Shown: in pieces, positions 38,401 to 51,512 of the stretch
Layout: every line of letters starts with the position of its first letter
Numbering within the stretch: position 1 is the stretch's first letter
NCBI GenBank assembly: GCA_002633005.1
Contig: NMRA01000473.1
Span: 130,391-194,390, forward strand
DNA from: Phoronis australis
Lineage: Eukaryota; Animalia; Phoronida
Direction of reading: 5' to 3'
Length of the DNA stretch: 64,000 bases
Notes under the pieces: model-generated
Database searches by the model: none
The model's input: only the letters and a program-made list of their open reading frames with translations
Told to the model about the DNA's origin: nothing
Program-made: the position numbers and the translations under genes

Positions 38401-39347
38401 GAATACTACGCGGGCAGTAAAGCTGACCCAGCAAGAACCATAATATCCATTGTGTGACTCAGTGAGAATATGATTCTACTTGAACCTTGCTTTTATCACT
38501 CAAGAGAGACGCAATTAGTGCATTAGCACAGGACGGAACGAGGATTGGTTGAAATTACCAAAACAGTGTTTAATGTCTTTTCAACTTAGAGTATGGTTCA
38601 TATTAAACTACGGCCAATCTGTGTGTTTGCGCTGCGCGCATTAGAGAGGTCGGCAAGTTAAGATAAAGTTGATTGCGAGCAAGTTTGAACGTACTGAGGC
38701 AATAAGCCCCCGCTTCGTCGAAAAATACGAACTTTTGACTTAGACCACTTAACGTTATAAAGCTGCTCTTAATTAGTTCCTTACACGAGAAATTACTTTT
38801 GGTTTTCCAAATAATGACCAACTCGTTTTTTTCCAAGACCTTGCAAGGCGAATAAATTTACACGCCGTGACAAGTCAAGTTGTAGAGCCTTATCTCAAGC
38901 AATTACGAACTGCCAGTTCTGTCCCAGCACAGAAAGCACAAGTCCTATTTTTATCAAGGAACAAGTTGAGACCAATTTCATACGGGTAAGTGATCTAAAT
39001 CACATGTTTCTTTTGTGGCTGAAGGCGATTTTTTACGGCATTAAACGGTGTGTTGTATTTCTAACAATGCTAACTGAGTGTAGCCGGTTCGTTGTTTTTT
39101 ACATATAAATAAAAAGCATGAAGAAAAGTCTGAAAAAGCAGCGTTACGCAGAAACATTAGCAGGTAGGTGAAATAAGTTGATCACGGGTCCGGGCTTTCT
39201 CCTACGACACGACCAAACAAAACAACAAAAATCGCAGACATAGAAAATGGTAGTTGCTGCCCCATGTGACGTACGAGATAACTAATCCTAATGTACCCAG
39301 AAATACGTTTTTTACAATGGTGAAACCAAGATGTATGTATAATTAGA

Positions 39348-39495
39348 GGAGTCAATGTGGCCTATTGGGATAAGTGTCCGCTTCCTTTACTCACGGTCGC
39401 GGGTTCGAGTCCCTCTGGGACACACTGCTAGACCTTTGTGTTAAGTCACTAGCTCCTCACATAGCTCCTCAGTTCAGGTTACCTATATGTAATCA
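39348..39495 (+). mobile_element. tRNA-derived SINE
   Basis: A box TGGCCTATTGG (39358) and B box GGTTCGAGTCC (39402), followed by a CORE-like segment (TTGTGTTAAGTCACT..CTCAGTT). No complete cloverleaf. Confidence 0.65.
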
Positions 39496-39749
39496 TAGAT
39501 TATAGTACATGGACCGATAACTTCGTATGTTTTTAATGGATGAAATCTGTGATCTTACGCATAAGCCGTGACGTCATTATTCACTAGCGACACTTTCCGG
39601 CAAGTACGTCGTCTGCTAATCATTGTCGACTGTTTGTGATCGTGTGTTCGGCTACACAGGCGAAATGTAAACGACTAAGTTTCCACAGCACTTAAGATTG
39701 AACTTTGCAATTACATGACTAGCAGCATTGCTAAAAGTACTTACGTTAC

Positions 39750-39824
39750 CAACAGTTCTACTGTTGGAAGACTTTGAACAGCGTTTCAATGTCGAAATTA
39801 TTTTTTTTTTCGTTGTACTAGACA
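39750..39824 (-). CDS. Candidate 75-bp linker micro-exon
   Basis: Acceptor tttattttag|TG, donor GTTG|gtaacg, phase 1-1, open frame VSSTTKKKIISTLKRCSKSSNSRTV. No domain homology. Confidence 0.4.
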
Positions 39825-40917
39825 CTAAAATAAATGCGAGGATTTCCGTCGTGATACACTAACCGGAAACTGAAATTCGTAATTTAGAAGGGTGGCGCCT
39901 CCTCTGGAATATTTCGAAAGAAAATGTTGGAGTTGCGAATCTGTTATTTATAATCTATGATGCAATACAGTAAAAATGGTTCCAGGTGATCAGTGCAACA
40001 GGCCCAGCTGAGCGGCCTGCCCAAGGCTGATACAACGTATACCAGACCGCCTGCAGTTGTTCTTGGTATAACTTCACGCAACTTGTAATGGAATCAAAAG
40101 TGTGTACCAGCAATTTCCCATTGTTGTGTCACCTCAGTTCGCTGACGTTACACAGACAAAGTGAAATACAATCCTATACAACAGTTCCCGAACAAAATCT
40201 TATTACAAAGCAGAATACTTAGCGTGTCAGTTTTATAACTGAGTTGACCAGGCGTCTTGGTCAGTGCTATGGTTTGGTACGTTATTATATGTTTTATGCA
40301 ACACTTGCTGTGGTAAGAGTTAACATACGTGGAGTTAGTGGAATTTCCTTTGATCCCATTGCAAGTTTTACAAACTGAGAAGTGAATAAATCACGGAAAA
40401 TCCGAATCTGCCTTTAAGTAACCCAGCCACAACTTGGGCTTATAAGTCACCATTTTCCAAAGCGAACGTACAAAAATACATATAGTGAGCTGATAAAGTA
40501 ACGAATTCGTTTTGTTATTTTGCTTCAGTTGACACCTTGCTATATTGAGTGCGCCAAAAACACGAACTTGTTTTTCGTGCATTGTTTTACCGACTCTGCT
40601 GTGTTGCTGCAGAAGCCGCAAGTCACAAACGCATTTCTCAAGAGAAGGCGTAGTGTTCTTGTGCACTTCTCCATATCAACCGTGGAACGACTCCTTCACA
40701 ATGCTACCTTTTGTAGAACCGGGAAAGAGTGTAGTAACTAATGGTTTGCGTTTTTTAAACTGCCCCTTTACCTTCATCGGGATTGAATGGAAACTAAATA
40801 AAGTGAAATCTTTGTAATTTATGGAAACACAGCTGTAACCACAGGCCTATGAAATAACAAACATGATGACGATGTTGATGACGAAGATGATGACCACGGA
40901 AACCAAGAAGAACTAAC

Positions 40918-41121
40918 CTTTACATATTAAAGATATTCCATTCCAGAAGGGAACATTCGTGCTCCCCTCCTTGGTGCATGTTCGAGTTTTGTCCCCCCTG
41001 TGTCTGTAGTATCCATAGAAGCAGTGATATTCAACCGTCGAGTTTATTGGAAATTTGTCGAGACTAGCAGTCGCCTGGGTAGTAGTTGTGAACATGATAA
41101 CCGGCGGAGGATCGCAGTGAG
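40918..41121 (-). CDS. Exon: Sushi/CCP domain
   Basis: Acceptor ttgatttttag|CT, donor AAAG|gttagt, 204 bp. HCDPPPVI...FPINSTVEYHCFYGYYRHRGDKTRTCT...WNGISLICK has four Cys and the conserved Trp. Confidence 0.88.
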
Positions 41122-44100
41122 CTAAAAATCAAAATACATAGGCTTAGAAGAAGTTTGTTTCAAATGTGTACGCCTTTTGTGAAAATGGAGCGATTTTATT
41201 GTGACGGTCGCACAGTCTATGCGCCGAACATTGAGCGAACATAATTGCCGAGTACATGCATTTGTAATTCTCCAGCTAGCACATTTGAATAGATGAAGTA
41301 TATCTGAGGCGCCAATAGGCCTAGTCTAACTTTAAAACATCCAGCATTCTTTCGTTTTCGAAGTAACTGAGTGCCTTTTTCGCAAAATAGAAAAACCTGA
41401 CAATAGAAAGAAAACTGGTCCCGTTTCTAGAAAGTTAGATCTCCAACTGTTATTTAGTTTGAAGTAGGTCCGCCCTAAACTGAAGTCTTCTCTTTCGCTG
41501 GCGGAGGTAGAAAACTGCGAGTCGTTTATTCATGAACTTTACAGACTAAACAACAACCGCTTGAATGCACAGTGTGCAATTAACAATCGATATTCTCATT
41601 TGATGACTCTAATGTAACAATCGAAACACGGCAATGTGTTTACTATCACCTATCATTGATCAAAGGAATCACAGCATGCATTTTTAAGCACACAATACAA
41701 TATCGATTATAGCCTATCAGGTTGAAATGCAATATTTCACCAATTTAACTACCGATCTAAGTGTTTGATTACGTTGAAAGAAGGAGGAAAATCACTGATT
41801 TTTTGAGAGGCTATTGATTCATCCTGGCAAATAACTACACAAGATTGTTGTTTTGCTCATGCACAGACAGATTTTGTTGAACAACTTAAAAGTTGCGGAA
41901 CCTAAATTGACCACGTTTCCTCATTTTGACGTCGCTTTATAAGTGCAGGAGCTAGTGTCTAATCAGATCCGTAAGCGTGGTGCGGCGGGAGCATCCTCTA
42001 GCAATAGCTGAGGTCCGATCACAGATACCTGAGATCCATTTCAGCTAGGAGAGTGTTGTTTCAGATTAAACTCAATATTTCTAAGCGGAAAAATTGCTAG
42101 TTGTTGGCTGCGAACGAAAAGGGGAGATGACATGACGAATTGAGGACAGTAGACTAACGTTCAGAGAGAGTTCAGGAACAAATTCTAAAAGCAAGATCCG
42201 GGTCTAACATCCATAATTTTTTATTAGAGAGCTTAGAAATTTGGTCACCGAGGAAATAGTAGCCGACAAATGCGCGTTGAGGTTGTATCGAAAGCTGAAG
42301 GAGTTTTTTTCTTTTTGATCGTAGGTTCGCCTCAGCTGCATACGAAGCGCGTACGCGGCTGCACGGCACAGGTCATGCTTGCTCGCCCACGGTGTTGTCA
42401 CATCTCTCTGACCGAGACGTTGCAGCTTAATGTCATCAACTGACATGTCGCATGGCCACTAAACTCCAAACTTAGCCATATTGAGAGTACTGTCAAATTC
42501 ATATCCACGACATGAGCAATCGATGCTCCTTCTCCGCACACAATGATGTCTTTTCTGCGATAGCGGCAAAACTTTTGGGACCGTTCATAACTACATTGTA
42601 TCGCCATTTTCGCCGGCGTACAACCCGTACGCTTTGCGCTATCCCCCTCCCCTCTCCCGAAAGCGTACAAAAATAGCGATGTTTTGATATGATCTCTGTT
42701 TTAGTATTTGATAAAGTGTAACTGTGTTTCAAAGTTAAATGCCATTTTTGGTTTATACAGTGACGCTTTTTATCATGTTTTAAGATGTGACGTTATTTGA
42801 CGTCGCCATTTTTATGACGTCAGATACGTACGCTCGTGAAATATGTGAACGATACCTAAGCCACTGAAAACTGGCCGTAGCGGGATCAAAGCGGAAGACT
42901 CGCAGTAACTTTGCTCCGATGTTGCATCGCGTGTACCTATATTATACATGTAAGTTCAAATGGAGGTCAGGCACCACAGTCACCCAATTGCACACTCGTC
43001 GGTGTTATGTTGATGTCAGAAAATAATCTCAAGTTTGCTATTTAACAAATTTAGGACTGCATTATATTCTATTGAAAATACAATTATGAAATTTCCAATT
43101 TACAGCTGACTCACTCATTGGTAAATGGAAGAAAGATAAGGCATATTCATTTCTTGTGTGTTGGAGCGTATCAACACTGAGTAAGTAAAATAGTTTTTAG
43201 AAATCTAAGCGTCTACCCTTTGTGTTTATATCAACAATGAGCTTTTAAAATATTCTTCAATATGCTGATCATATAGCTATATTCCTTGATGAATAATAAA
43301 AGCCAATGAAAAAATAGTTAGACATTTTGGGTCAGTTTTCCAAATTTGGAAAAGCGGAATGCATTTGGATTGGCGCAAGAAGAGTTAGTGTTGTTGTTCA
43401 TTTATTATAGGCACTTTAATTTAATTACCATTGCAGCTACCTAAGTAATGTTTACAAAAAATTGAGAAGATGTTCCCCCTATCCCAGGGGATGACGGCCA
43501 CTTGGGCATGTTGGTTGCAACCATCTACTCCATTTAACCTTCTCAAAAATTTTTGACTTAAAGTGCACACCCACAGTATAACGCCATATGATTATCCCCT
43601 GGCGTAAGCAGTGTCGATGTGGCAACTAAACAAGGGAGTGTTCGAAAAACAGGATTGCAGGAGTATTTGTTTAAACTGGGAACAAATGAAAACATTAACG
43701 GCCTCCTCAGAGGCATCTCTCTACTCGGTACTTCTAAACTTAGGAACATGACTTATGGTTTAACCAGTGTGATGGAGTACCTATGGTATGATCACTGTCC
43801 CTACTGGGTCAGCGGTATTGTCTAAGGCCTCGGCAGCCAAGGGGCTGAACAAGTTAAAAAAACAAATGGTGATAATACTGAAACACACTTGGGTATCACC
43901 AAGATGTACCTTTCAAAAACACATACCTGTTTTTCAAAGCTATATAGTTGTTACTTCTTTCTCTTTCTTGAAATGTGGTCCAGAATATACTTTTCCTGCT
44001 AACAAATGAATGTTCCTGTCTTGTTCAGGTTAATTGGGTGTTTCATATTTTGGAAGTCTAGTTGATTTTATTGGGAAATTTTGGGTAACATCTGTATCAC

Positions 44101-47100
44101 TTTCAGCAGCTTCAGCTTTAGTACTACTGCTGGTGTCTTGAAACGTTGCTATGCCTTTCCATGCCATTTCAATTTTTGGTCTGACACTTGGTGTTCTACA
44201 GCAGTATACTGTGTATAGGCTATACTAGGACATGCAGCTGTTTTCTGAACGAACATTTGTGACACTTCTTCTTTTTGATCTACTGATCTACAGAGTTCCA
44301 TAGTCCATCAGCTTTCGCCAGGATGCTTCTATAAGCTTCTTCAGGTTCTGGCATCACAATTTTATGCTGTTTGATAAACCTTGAATTATACAGTCATCAC
44401 ACTCCATGGGAGCTGCCATGTTGAAGTAACTAAGCACAACAATACAATCTGGCTCTCTGATTGGTCAATTCAATAGAAAAGCGCCACCAAGTGGCAGGAA
44501 TGTGCATAATATTTTGTGCAACAAAAACACCTTTTTTAAAAAAATGTGCAAGTGTAGACGTGGGAACTTTTTGGAATTTGATTTATAGATATATTATCTA
44601 GCCACATAGAAAAAACTAGGTTGACCCCCAAAGTACTCACAAGGATGAACGCTATGAGATCTGGCCCACCGACTACAAAGGGTAGCCCTATCGCTGTGTA
44701 ATGAACTAACGCGCCAAAATACGGAGGCCGCCATGACGTGATCACGTGACCACGCGATATTAAGGTGCTGACACCAGTACAGTTGAGTACCAGTGATAGC
44801 GTAGAGTTGAAGCATATTTAAATCTTGGCAGAGTCGCAGTTTACTTCATTATCAACTTCACTGGATATAAATCAGTATTTTGTATTATTGAAGGGTTCTC
44901 TTCACAAAACTAAAACCATTTGAGATTTAGTCTGCTTCAGGGCTTGTGATTCGGAGACGAGCAGAGTCTCCGGCAGTAGGCATGCACAGAGGTTTCGCAA
45001 AGCGACGTGAACGTGAATTATCACGCACATAAAGAATCCTACACTCGTCTCAGATTTATGACATGGGCAAAACCTCTTGCCGGAAATTTCGTCAAAATCC
45101 CGAGGCTTGCCGGGTGTAGGATTTGTTTTCTCACATGAACTGTAAAAACGATGTTTTTTGCCGAAAAACTCGACGTGTCTAAAACTTTCAACCACATGAC
45201 GCAACTTTTGTAAAAACACGCTTGCGCAATGTAAATTAATTCAGTTACTTTTTGTTAATAGTTTTATTTCAAGCTTAACAAATGTAAATTGCATTCAGCT
45301 TTCGTAGCAAAATATTCAAGTTACAATCTAATAAACAGTCTTTGAAGTTGTAATATTAAATGTTTACAAATAATAGTCGGCAAGGCTTCCCCGCGTGAGC
45401 ACTGAATTGTCCTTGAAACAGCAAAGCTAGACAGTCTTGCCGCGTTTCTCAAGTTTGGATTCGTCTCCGTTTGAATGAAAGTGGATATGGAATTAATTCA
45501 CCGCTGAAGATGCCGGGTCCGTTTAAGAAGTTGTTTGCATGTCCTTCCGACTGGGAGGACGCACAGTTGCGACACCCGATTTGTCAATCATAACCTTGTC
45601 ACCTTCTCGGATTTCCGGCATTGTTTGGTTGGCGCGCGTTTGGTTGTTTTAGTGTTTTGCAGACGATAAAATGTAAAGCGTATGGGTGTCTACTTTGCAC
45701 TACTTTGGGATTCGCCGATGTAATGTAAACAATTACGTACTCGGTGTTCTTAACCAGTTGTGTGTAACACATTCCAGGTCATGTCATTCCGCGTCATACA
45801 TGCCATTGTTGGCTGTGACATAATCCCGATGGTGTTTGCGTATTTTACGCGAATACAGGGAGATTTACGTCGCTTTAAACGCGAAACCTGTGGCCCTTTT
45901 TTAATTCCTACTTGGCAGGATATTGAAACGATTTTTTATTTTGATAGCGTTCTCAATCTTTCTTCTTTGCTTCAGTACAAAATGAACTAGATTGTTTTGT
46001 CTATAAATGTTCTTAAAGTCTAGCTGAATGAAGGCCTTTTCCCAAAATCCTTATTCTGCGGGATTTGCTGAATATCATCGAACTAGAATGGATTTTTAAC
46101 AGATATGATTTTGTGTTCATTGTTAATTTTTTACATACTCAATTTACATGCATCTATTTATTTTAAACTGCAAATTAATTACGCATTATAAGAGTTTACA
46201 TTTTTTCACAGGAATTTGTAGAAACGTCTTTTTTCACACTCAACATATATTCGCATCTTGCATACCTGTAGCAAAATGAAATGCAGTAAAATACAATGCA
46301 ATACAATACAATTAAACAAAACATGTTTCATATATAACGTGCATGTACCGATTGTCCATCAACTTCCTCAAAGAAAAACATGATGCACAGCTGAAAATAC
46401 GAGAGCAAAAGATAACACTCGAACGGGAAAGTTTGAAATGGAGAAGAAGGAAGGAGGGGAGGCTAGCTGTTGTCAAGTCTCATTCTCCGACTTATTATTT
46501 CCGTCTGAGTAGGCCTACGTAAAGAGGTGTAAGCACGCCTGAATTGAAAGTTTGGCAGGATGTAAAGCGAGAACTTTCTCTTTCTGAACCACATCACGTA
46601 CGAATTTGAGTTCCTTATAATGTCGACATTTGCAAAATTTTAAAGGTCCACCGTTCTAGAAATTCGATCCACACCCCTCGCGATGCTGGCTACAGGCCTG
46701 GTGTTTCATTTTTCACTGAAACAATACACTTGAATATGAGTATCTTCACTAGTTATTTAAATTCCCGTCATACTCCCCACTCTTAAAACATGCACAAAGT
46801 TCGCAAAAGTGAGAAAATAAAACTGTCTATGACTCTCCTACTAGTCTTGAATAACTGCAATAGATAGCGATAACGTGTACTATATAATTACTTTTTTACT
46901 TCGCTATGTATAAATGTTCAAACTTAATACTAACAACCGACGTCATAACGATGACCTTTTTAAAAATTTTATCTAGACACAATCTTCATAAAACGGTCCC
47001 CAAAACCTTTTTTTCTTAAAAGAATACATATTGGCGTGGGAAAGTATCGCACCCGGTCGCCACCCAGTACGATACCAACTCGCTGACTTAAAACGCCACT

Positions 47101-47659
47101 TTCATAACAAACGAATTCATGTAAATCAATATTAAAAAGCGATTTGAACCACCTCGCATTGTTAGAAGTCCAGGAATTGTTCATATATTTTTAGTTTGTA
47201 GTTCTGCCTCACTGTCTGTGGCTCACTCAGTTTCATCGACATTCCAGAAATGCCAACATCTTAAATAAAAAGATTTGACCCACTTTTCTTCACTTACAGA
47301 GAACTCTTGAATTTTATGGTATCATTTTCTATTTATTGAGTTTTTGAGAATATGAAACATCTTGAACGGCGGCAAACACGGGCAATTTTGACGTTTTTTC
47401 ACTATGTCTACTGAGAATTGATTACTTCCACGCGTACCGCTAATTCTGTTTTTTGTGACAGGCCACTGCGACATACTGTCTTCCACCGTTTTTCTGTACG
47501 ACATAGTTTTTCAGTTCTTTGCGCACTTCCACCGCTCATCGAACACCTCCGTTTTCCGCACCTTTATGGTGAACGATAGTGGCTACATCGTCGGTCCAGG
47601 GAGATAAGTCTACTGGCGGACTTGACTAACTATTAATATCGTCACTGTGTTTGTTCATA

Positions 47660-47820
47660 GGCGCCCAGCTCAAGCTACACAAATGGCGCAATTCAAGCGT
47701 CACAAATGACACATCTCAAGCTACATAAATGGTGCAATTCAAGTTACATACATGTACATGGCGCAACTTAATCTAAATACATGACGCAACTCAAGCTACA
47801 TAGATGGCGCAACTTCAGTG
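47660..47820. repeat. ~23-bp tandem repeat, about 7 degenerate copies
   Basis: Unit ATGGCGCAAYTCAAGCTACATA. Confidence 0.75.
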
Positions 47821-48768
47821 ATGTAAAATACGTTGAAAATCAATTTTATGTTTGCTGTAATATTCGTCCAATTGATCATGAACTTCTTACTACAAAAGTA
47901 CAGAAAGAAGGCATTATTGTCCTAGACACCATCATTATAGAATAAACAGTTTCATCGCCCACTCAATCAGTAAATGTCGTCGTAGATGCCACCCGTAGTT
48001 TGCCAAGCCTTTCAGGAAAAGTTCTAAGACAAACGACCCAAAGTTGTTGCTACAAAATTAACTAAAGCCCTTGAACTCTAGGAGCATTGATTTTTATGCA
48101 ACATATGGTCAGTCAATGATTGAGGTTCTTGATATGCTTACAAAAAATTACCTTTATCTCAATGTTGAAGTCTATGTGACTTTTTTCTATAAAGAAGTTG
48201 TCCAGTAATCATTGTCGTATCGTTTTCAACGGACTTTGCACCAGACACTTTTTCTGTACTCTAAAAATGAAAACTCTTGACTGACACATGTACCATGGCA
48301 TAAGTTCTGAAACCAGTACAGTTATTTTCGAGTAGAAAAGTTTTGGAAAGTCGGAAGTTTAAAAATTAAGCTTGGGGGAAATAAAATCCAATGATTTCAA
48401 CAGTCTCAACGCATGTCAAGTTAAGATGAAACGCTGTGAGTTGAATTATCAGTGCTCATTGATTCGAGTGCTTGTGAAATAATAATGCATGTTTTGATTC
48501 TGGAAATGATTTTGAGGTATTCAATAACTTGGGCAATCCAACTATCACATTTACTACTTTATTGTTTAAAAATACTGGAGTAGTGATAGCAGTGCTATCC
48601 CATTTATTCCAGTGCAAGATAACCAGTCGGTTTATCTCGTCTGCTTGCGCTCCCTAGTCGTGACTTCTTCGAAGTGTTTTTGGGACGACAACAAATTAGG
48701 TATGACATCCACCGAAAGTAAAAGTACTAGTGTGATCCCTGTCAAACGCTTGTATTTTGCAATCTTAC

Positions 48769-48853
48769 CTTTAGTAGATACCGTAGTGTACTGTTGGCCA
48801 ACCGACGCACTCCCTGTGCACTTTCGCACGTAAACGGCAGATATTAGGAGCAT
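48769..48853 (-). CDS. Candidate 5' (signal/anchor) exon of the Sushi-WSC-CTLD gene
   Basis: Strong phase-1 donor AAAG|gtaaga compatible with the Sushi exon. ATG at 48853 lies inside the hydrophobic in-frame stretch WLNFSFVLFVVTMLLISAVYV. True start uncertain. Confidence 0.45.
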
Positions 48854-50810
48854 TGTAACTACAAATAAAACAAACGAAAAGTTAAGCCATTTTCTACTAA
48901 AAATCAAGGTATTGGCGGCCCTTGGGGTCTAGCTCCAGTTACTAGATTTTTGCACTTGTCCTGTTTGAATTATCTAACACCCAGGACTGATTTCCGGGAA
49001 AAGACTGTTGCCTAGACACGAAATTTGAGCTGTTGTATAATTAATTAATTTATTAGGAACTATTACTGGAAGGAATAGCATTAATCTATCGGCTGTAAAT
49101 GTATGCACGGCATTCAATAGTAAATGCATGCACGTCATGCAATATGACTGACATCATGTTGATAGAGACGGTCTATCTAGCAGCCAGTCTGCACAGGCCA
49201 CGGGCAAAACGTATTTGAACAACTAAGTATTTCAGCGTAATCATACAACAGTGACTTTTAGAACAACAGTATGAACAGAAGGCCAAACTGCCAGTCTATC
49301 AACCTGCTTGTAGTTTCCTGCGTATGGAAAACACCACCACCATCATCATCATCATCACCATCGTAATCTTTACTGTTGTTGTTGTTATTTTTGCACAGGA
49401 ACACCCGCATGAAGTAAAATTATTTCATATTCTGAAACACACTTTCACCAACATGCTACAATATCATCCATTTAGCAACCGCATAACTTGGGCTAAGGGC
49501 CACAACAGTGGTGGAAATTTAGTCTTGTTAAGGGTACGTACAATGTAAAGCGTCCAATGCAACTCAAGTAAGAACTCCTGACAAGGTGTAAAGGACAGGG
49601 CTCACCTTTTAATGAACAAGACAATAAAGTTCGTTGTAGCCACTGTTAAAGTACAGCTATCTGTCAGAAACGACCTATAAGGGAAAATAAGTGTTAACCT
49701 ATCACGCCTTTCCGTATGCATACGCTGCACCATTCATTAGCAATTCTTTTAATTTAACGTAGTTAAAATGATCTTTTTGCCTATTTGAGAAACATTGTGA
49801 ACGCTTTGTACAAACGATTCAAATCAGTTCATTGACCATGTTGAAAACCTTGGTTGTACTAACACAAAAGTACGAAGAGACCTCATCCCCACAACTCTCA
49901 TTACATTGGTTGGCCTCTATGGTGATCAATGAACCAGTTATTAGTTTACTAGACATGAAAAATAAATTGTCCTGGTAATAATTGGATACTATATTACTGA
50001 AACCTAACCTAAGTCAATATCTAAAAGGTGTCCAAACCTTTTTTGAAAAATCGATCAATTCCGTTAACTAAGAATGAATTGCAGTGTATTTAGTTAAACA
50101 TTATCTATTTGCATAGCCACAGAAACGGGAAATTATCAAACGATTCTCTGTGTAAGTCCACCTGGTGTTGAGTTTAAAACAGTGCAATTAAATATCCACA
50201 TTGTAGACTTTAAACATGCCTCCAATGATACCCTTTCCTAGTTGCTCAATAGTCGTCGTGTCCAACTAAGAATCGTTTTCGTGATCGTTTGGTTTTTACC
50301 ATGAAGTCCATTAGGCCTAAGTTCGTATGACCTTACCCGACCGAACTGCTAAAAACCCACCGACTCAGAAAATTTTATTGACAAAATTCATCAGACTTTT
50401 TATTTATCACTCTACATAAAGTGTTGTGATAATTTTCGCAGTTTTGCTTGATTGGTGACACACTCCAGGAATGAGTCCACACACACTTAGCTATGCAAAT
50501 CAATACACCAGTGGTTATTCATAAGTTTTGTTAACAACTGATAATTATCATTTTATTTGTAACTGCAGAACAAACACAAAAACCAAATGTCCTATTTTCT
50601 CTTGAAATGCTCTAACATGTTTGCAGGCGTTAAAACACCCTCAAATATGTTGTTGGAAAACTGCTAAGAGTAGAGTTTGATTGGTTGTCGAATTAGTTGT
50701 AACAGAGCTTGGTTCAGCAACTAAATTACGTATATGATTTATGTAAAACAGTGTTGAAATGTAGTTGATGCTATAAGACAGAAGAGAGATCCATATTTAA
50801 GTCTGAAAAG

Positions 50811-51040
50811 ATACCTGCCTGGACCAGGGTTCGAACCCACGGCTTTCTAGTAACTGTGAAGACTTAAGTGATGTAAACATTTGGCGTGTATGAAAACTAT
50901 GTTTTACGATATCCAATCGCTGATGCATAACAACACAATTATAAACATGTATATGGATTCAGAACTTTGGGGAAGACGCTTGGATTTCTGCCATTGACTG
51001 GTGGTCCTGATAGCTCATTGGAATAGAGCGTCTGCAGAAA
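50811..51040. repeat. tRNA-derived fragments (B-box half on minus strand, A-box half on plus strand)
   Basis: GGACCAGGGTTCGAACCCACGG at 50821 and GGTCCTGATAGCTCATTGGAATAGAGCG at 51003. Neither half is a complete tRNA. Confidence 0.5.
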
Positions 51041-51284
51041 ATCAAGGATTCAACTGGCTGACTGGGCCGGGGATGATGAGTACTTGGGGTCAAAGCCCCT
51101 GTACACCTACGCAAGATCGTACGATCTCTCCTTCAGTCTTCGCTGTATTTGATGTGCACGTGGCTCGATCAGCGTGAAACCGGTTGGAAGGTGGCAGTAT
51201 TCATGAATCCTTGCTAGACGAGACGTTGGCTGAATTGCAACAGATTTGTTGGCTTCTTGCAGAGCGTTGGATTCACACGAAGTT

Positions 51285-51512
51285 GGCTCAATGGCAACAG
51301 CTTTCATGCTTGTCCCATGTTGTCTTTATACTGCAACGTCGGGACAGTTTGACTCACATGAAGCAGGCTAAATGGCTTCAGTGGTCATGCGTGTCCTAGA
51401 TTGTCTTTATACTGCCCCGTCGGGAAAGTGTGACTCACATGAAACCGGCTAAATGGCAACAGTAGTCATGCGTGTCCTTGGTTGTCTTTATATTGCCCCT
51501 TTGGGACAGTTT
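51285..51512. repeat. ~80-bp tandem repeat x3
   Basis: Recurring GGCTAAATGGC..TCATGCGTGTCC..TTGTCTTTATA.TGC..CGGGACAGT.TGACTCACATGAA. Confidence 0.8.

Larger units (their letters stand above)
840..41121 (-). other. Multi-exon gene (partial, continues beyond window start) for a Sushi/WSC/C-type-lectin mosaic extracellular protein
   Basis: Nine domain-coding exons, each bounded by AG/GT. All are phase 1-1 with lengths divisible by 3 and splice into one open frame (~760-785 aa in window). The last exon ends mid-CTLD, so the gene continues left of position 1. Confidence 0.85.

Noticed and set aside
39348-39425. Functional tRNA gene
   Set aside because: Acceptor and anticodon stems do not close, there is no T-run terminator, and the sequence continues into a SINE body.
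43430-44430. Possible decayed minus-strand coding region (MAAPMEC...)
   Set aside because: Frequent stops and no motif I can assign.
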